From contig CAXFSR010000025.1 of the NCBI GenBank assembly GCA_964005815.1, positions 1-45,334 of the forward strand: a stretch of DNA of 45,334 nt, in the 5' to 3' direction. Below, one piece after another: positions 39,665-45,334 of this stretch; position 1 is the stretch's first letter; each line of letters begins with the position of its first letter. A model generated the notes under the pieces. It ran no database searches, was not told where the DNA came from, and was given only the letters and a program-made list of their open reading frames with translations. The DNA is from an uncultured Nitrospinaceae bacterium. GTDB lineage: Bacteria; UBA8248. The translations under genes were made by a program, and so were the position numbers.

Positions 39665-40570
39665 ATGAAAATGTATCGTTCTATTCTTTTTGCTCCGGGT
39701 AATCGAATACGAATGTTAGAAAAAGTGGGGAAGAGTGGGGCTGATGCTGTAGTTTTGGATTTAGAGGATGCGGTTCCATCCGATCAAAAGATTGCTGCAA
39801 GGAAGATTGTCAGAGAAATTTCAGAAAAAATAGCAAAAGAAAATAATGTTGATATTTTTGTTAGGTCGAATCCATTTAGGGATGAAACTGGATTAGTTGT
39901 CCCATGTGGCGAGGATGATCTCAATGCAATAGTTAGTGAGAATATTAAAGGAGTAATTATTCCTAAAGTTGAAAAGAAAGAAGACATTCTGAGGTGTCAT
40001 AAGATACTTGTTGAATTAGAAGAATCTTTTGGCCTTGTGAGAGGTCAAGTCAGTTTAATTGGAATTGTAGAAAGCGTTTTAGGTGTAGAAAATGTTTTTC
40101 GTATTAGTACCGCTGAAACTGAAAATAGGGATTTTACTTTGGCATTTGGAGCAGGTGATTATACAAATGATCTTAATATAGAATGGCCAGAAGAAGAATT
40201 TAATTTGGATTATCCAAGAACAAGAATTGCGAGTGCCTGTAGAATTTCAAATTTATCTAAGCCTATTGATACAGTTTGGATCAATCTTGAGAATGAAAAA
40301 GGATTAAGACAAAGTTGCAAGAGAGCAAAATCTTTAGGTTTTTTTGGTAAATTATGTATCCATCCAAAGCAGATAGAGACTGTAAACGAAGTTTTTACAC
40401 CTTCTCTTGAAGAATACGAAAGAGCATTAAAAATCAAGAAAGTTTTTGATGAAGTTAAAGAAAAAGGAGAAGGTACTGCTTCCGTAGATGGGAAGATGAT
40501 CGATTACCCGATAGTTTACGCTGCGGAGAGAGTTATAGAACTAAAAAATCTTTTTGGATTTAAGGATTGA
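39665..40570 (+). CDS. CitE/malyl-CoA lyase-like CoA-ester lyase (HpcH/HpaI aldolase-citrate lyase family)
   Basis: RSILFAPG, DLEDAVP, VR.N, IPKVE, FGAGDY, GKLCIHPKQ, DGKMID. Confidence 0.9.
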   Translation: MKMYRSILFAPGNRIRMLEKVGKSGADAVVLDLEDAVPSDQKIAARKIVREISEKIAKENNVDIFVRSNPFRDETGLVVPCGEDDLNAIVSENIKGVIIPKVEKKEDILRCHKILVELEESFGLVRGQVSLIGIVESVLGVENVFRISTAETENRDFTLAFGAGDYTNDLNIEWPEEEFNLDYPRTRIASACRISNLSKPIDTVWINLENEKGLRQSCKRAKSLGFFGKLCIHPKQIETVNEVFTPSLEEYERALKIKKVFDEVKEKGEGTASVDGKMIDYPIVYAAERVIELKNLFGFKD

Positions 40571-40572
40571 AC

Positions 40573-41190
40573 TTAGTAAAGTTGGTCCTTGTATTTGCTT
40601 TTAATATCTTTGTTTACATCTTCTGCATTAAGACCTCCTCCGATTTGATCTGCAAAAATTTCTCCAAGAGAAGGAAATGTTTTTCTGTCAATTTGACTTT
40701 CGTTATCCCAAAGCTTTGAACGTATAATAGACTTGGCACAATGCATATATACTTCATCTATATCAACAAGAATTCCGCATTTTGGAATTTTCCCCTTTAC
40801 TGAACAAGAGGATAAAAGGTTATCGTCAGTAACGATTCTTGCTCTTCCGTTAACTCTTAAAGTTTCGCTCATCCCAGGAACAAGAAAAATAACCCCTATG
40901 TGTGGATTAATCAGTAGATTTCTCATTGTATCCACTCTGTTATTGCCGGGTCTATCTGGAATGAATATCTGATTTTCTCCAAGAACTTTAACAAAACCAG
41001 GGGGGTCTCCTTTTGGAGAAGCATCAGCGCCCGATTCTGTAGCAGTTGCGATAATTATGAAAGGTGATAATTCTATAAAAGCGATTGCGTGTTTGTCTAA
41101 AGAAGACATTTCTTTTTGTGCAGCTCTTCCTGAAGGGAAGCCAAAAGAATCTCTTAATGCTTCTACGGAATCTATTATTTTTTCGCTCAC
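40573..41190 (-). CDS. PPOX-type flavin-binding protein (MSMEG_1061-like)
   Basis: DASPKGDPPGFV, PDRPGNNRVDT, FLVPG..ETLRVNG, YMHCAKSIIRSKLW. GTG start at 41190 behind AGGA (alternative ATG 41241). Confidence 0.87.
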   Translation of the reverse strand: MSEKIIDSVEALRDSFGFPSGRAAQKEMSSLDKHAIAFIELSPFIIIATATESGADASPKGDPPGFVKVLGENQIFIPDRPGNNRVDTMRNLLINPHIGVIFLVPGMSETLRVNGRARIVTDDNLLSSCSVKGKIPKCGILVDIDEVYMHCAKSIIRSKLWDNESQIDRKTFPSLGEIFADQIGGGLNAEDVNKDIKSKYKDQLY

Positions 41191-41274
41191 TTTTTTTCCT
41201 TTTCTTTTTTGAGGAGAAAAAACATTTTTTATATTGTTCATAATCCCATATAACTTATAAAAAGGCTATATTGC

Positions 41275-42231
41275 TTAATCACTGATTCTATTTGGGATCT
41301 TTTCCCCTTTCATCCATAAAGTTATATTTTTAACGACTTTTTTATTTATCCCGATAAATCCATGTTCTGCTAATGCGCCGCAAGATCTTCCCAAAGGAGA
41401 GTCTCCACCTCCAACAGTTAGGAAATGTTTCGAAGAGGAAGGTATTGTTTCATAATTAGATGTTGCCGAACCATGTGTTGTAACATGACATTCGTCATCT
41501 TCGTGATGAACAAATAAAAAAGGTTTTTTGATTTTAGATAAGTCGATAATATCTATGTCATCCATACTTGCTGTTGAAATAAACCCTTTAACCGAAGGAT
41601 CGGTAATCTGAGTTGCGAGGTAGGTTACCGAATAAGAGCCTCTACTAGTGCCAGCCAAAAAAAATTCTTTAACACCATTCTTCTTGTGGAAATTGATTAT
41701 ATTCTGGACATCTTTTAAATGTTTCTTGCTTGTCCTGTAATCTGTTCCAACACCGTATGCGTCATTTCCTGTAAATGGGTCTTCGGAAATGGGAATTGGA
41801 ACGTCTACATTGCTCGCAATAAATCCTTCGTTTGCAAAAAGATGAGCAGATCTAGAAAGCGAATTATTTTTTGGTCTAACTGATTTTTTATATCTATATT
41901 TGTGGTTGGAAGATTCGAGATCTTGTATGTCAAAACTTGCAGTTCCATCGCCACCAGAAAAAAGAAGAACTACTTTCGTAGTCTTTTTTTTTGGATATGC
42001 ACTGAGTATACGGATAAAAAAATTCTTTCTTGTTTTGATAAAATTCATAGTCCAGTTAGATCTGTTTTTGTTTCTGTACCAACGTAAGATTAATTTCAGA
42101 TCTGCTTTTTTATTCGGAGATAGTGTCATCTTTTTGAAATTTATTTCCTGAGATTCTACATTAGGATTTAATCCGAACCATGGTATTAAAATGAAGAGGA
42201 AAGTAATAAGAATCTTTCTAGTATGAGACAC
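41275..42231 (-). CDS. Exported alpha/beta-hydrolase-fold protein
   Basis: Signal peptide-like N-terminus, LFSGGDG, GTSRG nucleophile elbow, HHEDDEC, CGALAEHGFIG. Confidence 0.75.
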   Translation of the reverse strand: MSHTRKILITFLFILIPWFGLNPNVESQEINFKKMTLSPNKKADLKLILRWYRNKNRSNWTMNFIKTRKNFFIRILSAYPKKKTTKVVLLFSGGDGTASFDIQDLESSNHKYRYKKSVRPKNNSLSRSAHLFANEGFIASNVDVPIPISEDPFTGNDAYGVGTDYRTSKKHLKDVQNIINFHKKNGVKEFFLAGTSRGSYSVTYLATQITDPSVKGFISTASMDDIDIIDLSKIKKPFLFVHHEDDECHVTTHGSATSNYETIPSSSKHFLTVGGGDSPLGRSCGALAEHGFIGINKKVVKNITLWMKGEKIPNRISD

Positions 42232-42374
42232 AATATACCCTTTTGAAAAAATATTTAATCTTAATTATTTCGAAAAACATTCGAAACAAAATTGTAATAT
42301 TTAGGAAACTGCTTTTTAACAATTTGGAAACAGAAAAGAAACTATTTTCTTTTATTTTATTCTTAATTTTTTTA

Positions 42375-42403
42375 TTGCCTTAATTTTTTTGTCGTTATAT
42401 AGT
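42375..42403 (+). promoter_or_regulatory. Putative sigma70 promoter
   Basis: TTGCCT-17 bp-TATAGT, about 220 bp upstream of the creatininase-family gene. Confidence 0.6.
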
Positions 42404-42465
42404 TAGGTACCTAATTATTTTATGATAATTTTTTTTCAAAGCATTTAGATGTTTAAGAGTTAATT

Positions 42466-42562
42466 CGCCCTTGTGTTGCGTAGTAATTCCTTCTTGCCAG
42501 TCCTCCTTGCGCATCATAGGGGCGTCCTTTTGTGGTATTTGAATTGGGCGCTTCTTTTTTTT
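42466..42562 (+). ncRNA. Candidate structured leader (attenuator/riboswitch-like) or sRNA with overlapping hairpin and terminator
   Basis: GC-rich island in AT-rich DNA. An ~18-bp hairpin (42466-42524) shares GGGGCG with a terminator stem (42519-42554) followed by T8. Confidence 0.55.
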
Positions 42563-42620
42563 CTGTTAGTCTATTCAAAATTAATAATTCAAAAATTAGT
42601 GTTTATGAGGAGACGATTAG

Positions 42621-43403
42621 ATGCGTGATAGATATATACCGTATATGAATTGGGTAGATATAAAGGATAAGATTGATTCTGGAATCAATACTATTGTATT
42701 GCCTATGGGAGCTACAGAGCAACATGGAAGACATGCCCCTCTTGGGACAGATTCTTTTATTGCGTTAGAAATGAGTGTAAGGATTGCTCGAATCATCAAT
42801 GCCTTAGTAGCACCTACTCTTACAATTGGATATTCTCCTCAACATATGAGTTTTTCTGGAAGCATGACATTGAGCGTTGATACATTTAGGAGACTCGTAT
42901 CTGAAATGGTTGAGTCGCTTATGAAACACGGGCTGAAAAAATTTGTTTTTTTGAATGCACACGGAGGAAATAGCTCTCCAACAGATATTACTGCCAAAGA
43001 TCTGAAGCATAAATATGAAGAAGATATACAACTGATGGTAGTGGATATGATTGGAATTCAGAATAGTCCAGAACTAAAGGAAAAAGTTGAAAAAGAACTT
43101 GGAGAAAAACTTTCAGATCCCTGGGGTGCTCATGCAGGAGAACAAGAATCTTCCGCAGTAATGTTTTTTGATGAAGAACTTGTTGATAAAGATAGGGTTA
43201 GCAATCCATTTGTTCCGGAAGAGTATTTGAATATTTCTCGTGACCCTGATGTTCATACAATTATTTTTAATTTGTCAAAATATACAGAGACTGGAACTTG
43301 GGGCGATGCTTCAAACGCTTCTGCGAAACAGGGAGATCTCTTTTATAAATATTTAAGCCATAAACTTGCTGAGAAAATTAATCTGGGTTGGGAAAAAACT
43401 TAA
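42621..43403 (+). CDS. Creatininase-family amidohydrolase
   Basis: GATEQHGRHAPLGTD, GYSPQH, NAHGGN, HAGEQES, GTWGD. GAGGAG RBS. Confidence 0.9.
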   Translation: MRDRYIPYMNWVDIKDKIDSGINTIVLPMGATEQHGRHAPLGTDSFIALEMSVRIARIINALVAPTLTIGYSPQHMSFSGSMTLSVDTFRRLVSEMVESLMKHGLKKFVFLNAHGGNSSPTDITAKDLKHKYEEDIQLMVVDMIGIQNSPELKEKVEKELGEKLSDPWGAHAGEQESSAVMFFDEELVDKDRVSNPFVPEEYLNISRDPDVHTIIFNLSKYTETGTWGDASNASAKQGDLFYKYLSHKLAEKINLGWEKT

Positions 43404-43463
43404 AAATTTCTAGTCTTACAATAAAGAGTTAAGAGAGGGTAGATCCTTTAAAGGAGAAAAATT

Positions 43464-44327
43464 TTGGATAAGTTAACTGAACATTTATATGCAGAAACTA
43501 AATATGATTGGGCAAATGTTGGTGCGGCTGTTACAGACGAAGGTATTGTTCTTCTTGACTGTCCAGTGCGTCCTAGTGATTCAAAACACTGGCAAAATGA
43601 AATTCGTAAACTGAGTCAGGAAGGAATTAAATTTTTGATTGCTACAGATTATCATGGAGATCATACTACAGGTGCCCATTTTATTGAGGAAAACGTTACT
43701 TTTTTTGCCCCTGAGTTTGTATATCAGGAAGCATCAAAAGGAGATAATGCTTTTTCAAAAGAGATTTTTGTAGAAACTTTAAAAGATCTTGGTCATGTTG
43801 AAGAAGCAGACGCTATAATTAATGCCCCACCTTGTCTTCCTCATGTTTGTTTCAAAGAATCTATTATTCTTCATTTATCTCCACTTACTTTTGAAATATA
43901 CAGAAAAGGAGGTCATTCTCCTGCTTGTTCCTCAGTTTTTGTTCCAGAAGAAGGAGTTCTTTTTTCTGGAGATGTTGTCATTAATGGAGCTTCCGCAGGG
44001 ATGAGAGATGCAAATGTTGGAGAGTGGATTAGAGCCTTAGAGTGGGTAGAAAGTTTATCTATTGATACTATTGTTCCAGGACATGGCGAGATTTGCGGAA
44101 AAGAAGTGGCTACTGAATTAAGAGAACGTCTTTCAGAAATTAAGGGAGGAATGGAAAAAATTATAGAAGAAGGTATCGAGAAGGAAAATGCGATTGTTCA
44201 TACTTCTTTTGATAAATTCTTTCATGCAGATACCACTCGTGGAGAGTATTGGCTGCAACAAAGAAAAGAGACGTTCCAAGCAGGATTAGAGAGAGTTTAT
44301 GATGAAATAATTCAAGATGGGGATTAA
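43464..44327 (+). CDS. Metallo-beta-lactamase-fold hydrolase (cyclase-like)
   Basis: TDYHGDH (first His of HxHxDH replaced by Asp), GGHS, FSGD, VPGHG. TTG start behind AAGGAG. Confidence 0.85.
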   Translation: MDKLTEHLYAETKYDWANVGAAVTDEGIVLLDCPVRPSDSKHWQNEIRKLSQEGIKFLIATDYHGDHTTGAHFIEENVTFFAPEFVYQEASKGDNAFSKEIFVETLKDLGHVEEADAIINAPPCLPHVCFKESIILHLSPLTFEIYRKGGHSPACSSVFVPEEGVLFSGDVVINGASAGMRDANVGEWIRALEWVESLSIDTIVPGHGEICGKEVATELRERLSEIKGGMEKIIEEGIEKENAIVHTSFDKFFHADTTRGEYWLQQRKETFQAGLERVYDEIIQDGD

Positions 44328-44378
44328 TGTTTCTTTAGCTTTTTATAAGAGCTAAATTTCCAAAAAAAGGATATTGCA

Positions 44379-44774
44379 ATGTCTTCTCTTATTGAAATGA
44401 AAAAAGAATTAAATTCTCATGAACTTGAAATTTTAAAAAGTGAATTAGATAGAAAAAGAAAGTCTACTGGTATTGCATATGCCCTATGGTTTTTTCTTTC
44501 ATTTTTTGAAATTCATAAATTTTATCAAGGGAAATTTTTGCAGGGCATTTTGTATATAATTGCACCAACTCTGGCTTTTTTAACTATGGGAATTGGTCTT
44601 TTGAGTTCTCTGACAGGTGACTTGGAAACGGGTGGTGATATAGCAGGTTTTGGTCTTTTTGCCCTTATTGTGTATTTTGTGTGGTGGATTATTGATTTGT
44701 TCACCCTTCATAGACAAGTAGAAAAAGTGAATCAAAAGATTGAGAGAAAAATTCTTAATAAGTTAAAAAAGTGA
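44379..44774 (+). CDS. TM2-domain membrane protein
   Basis: KSTGIAYALWFFL...HKFYQG and WWIIDLF pattern. Confidence 0.8.
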   Translation: MSSLIEMKKELNSHELEILKSELDRKRKSTGIAYALWFFLSFFEIHKFYQGKFLQGILYIIAPTLAFLTMGIGLLSSLTGDLETGGDIAGFGLFALIVYFVWWIIDLFTLHRQVEKVNQKIERKILNKLKK

Positions 44775-44791
44775 AAGTTAGTATTAAAGTT

Positions 44792-44998
44792 TTAAATGTC
44801 CGAATTCCTACCCCAAGATATATTATTCCATATACGCTCGTGCACGTAATAAAAAAAAGATGGGATTACTGAACCTAGACCAAAAATTCCTGCGTTTTTG
44901 ATACTACCTGTAGCTATATAGCCAAAAACTGCCCAATAGAGAAAAACAAAAGAACGCCAAGTTAAGGTTTTTATAAACGATCTTTTTTGCGTTTCCAT
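44792..44998 (-). CDS. DUF2061-like small membrane protein
   Basis: ETQKRSFIKTLTWR...YYVHERIWNNISWG. Confidence 0.8.
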   Translation of the reverse strand: METQKRSFIKTLTWRSFVFLYWAVFGYIATGSIKNAGIFGLGSVIPSFFYYVHERIWNNISWGRNSDI

Positions 44999-45118
44999 TA
45001 CTGTTCCTTTTTTTTATTTTATAAAAGTATTGAACAAACATAGCAGTTTAAAGCGATTAATTGAATTTGCTTTTTTTCGAAAATTGAAGGAAAAGTATTT
45101 CCTTAGAAGGGATTCCTT

Positions 45119-45162
45119 TGGAGGCGCCACCCAGATTTGAACTGGGGATCGGGGATTTGCAG
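45119..45162 (-). mobile_element. tRNA-Cys(GCA) 3' fragment, probable attachment site (att) of an integrated element extending right
   Basis: Minus strand reads CTGCAAA-TCCCC-GAT-CCCCAG-TTCAAAT-CTGGG-TGGCGCC-TCCA. There is no D-arm or 5' acceptor strand upstream, and similarity stops at the anticodon loop. Confidence 0.8.
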
Positions 45163-45242
45163 ACTCCGACACCGAAAATCGCCCCTCTGTAAAGTGTTGT
45201 AAATCGTAGTCTTATTGTATTATTTTGTATTTTTCAAAACAC

Positions 45243-45289
45243 CTACGTCAAATTCTACGTCAAATCTTGCATTCCAACCTACGTCAAAT
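45243..45289 (+). repeat. Three direct repeats of CTACGTCAAAT (probable integrase arm-type sites)
   Basis: Copies start at 45243, 45255 and 45279 (12-bp phasing), about 80 bp from the tRNA fragment. Confidence 0.8.
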
Positions 45290-45334
45290 CCGTGCATTTG
45301 GTCATGCACTAAAACATCTGCTACAATATAGAAA

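Noticed and set aside
42471..42542. Cys-rich leader peptide MCCVVIPSCQSSLRIIGASFCGI within the structured leader
   Set aside because: TTG start buried in the stem with no RBS. Probably a by-product of the GC/GT-rich hairpin, although not strictly excluded.
42466..42562. SRP RNA, c-di-AMP (ydaO), ZTP or PyrR-site identity for the leader
   Set aside because: The diagnostic conserved motifs of these families were not found by eye on either strand.
42621..43403. Mycofactocin cluster (MftE)
   Set aside because: No MftA-like precursor ending in CGVY, no MftB and no SPASM radical SAM gene were seen in the window.
521..44004. Numerous 60-143 aa ORFs in the track that overlap longer genes (e.g. 1016-1318, 6172-6579, 19998-20336, 32530-32853, 36335-36766)
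   Set aside because: They are antisense or off-frame shadows of well-supported genes and show no recognisable motifs.
45119..45195. Intact tRNA-Cys gene
   Set aside because: No D-arm and no 5' GGCGCC-type acceptor strand at the expected distance.
45243..45289. CRISPR array
   Set aside because: Repeats are only 11 bp with 1- and 13-bp gaps, and there are no spacers or cas genes.

Overview
AT-rich (roughly one-third GC by eye), densely coded bacterial chromosomal segment. It is probably from a diderm heterotroph, inferred from the lipoproteins, an O-antigen-type epimerase and a CdaA-YbbR fusion; the taxon cannot be determined here. Housekeeping genes are fumC, a Mn-type sod, a peroxiredoxin, metF, gltBD, amt, aroE, tRNA-Thr and tRNA-Lys. 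Catabolic genes include a cluster with an ADP-forming acyl-CoA ligase flanked by two HadA/HadB-like hot-dog pairs, a GGT-fold enzyme lacking the glutamate-binding residues and a tandem CMD/AhpD protein. The centrepiece is a complete coenzyme F420 biosynthesis operon: cofG, cofH, an FrhB/FpoF-like Fe-S flavoprotein, a stand-alone FbiB-C-like nitroreductase, cofD, cofC and cofE, running directly into a diadenylate cyclase-YbbR fusion. The embedded FpoF-like protein has no hydrogenase partner in the window and is a candidate ferredoxin:F420 oxidoreductase. Features missed by the ORF track: cofG must start at a non-canonical CTG to include its radical-SAM motif; a 46-aa lipoprotein; a promoter plus terminator/antiterminator leader RNA upstream of a creatininase-family gene; and, at the right edge, a tRNA-Cys 3' fragment broken at the anticodon loop with phased 11-bp repeats, consistent with the att boundary of an integrated element continuing beyond the window.
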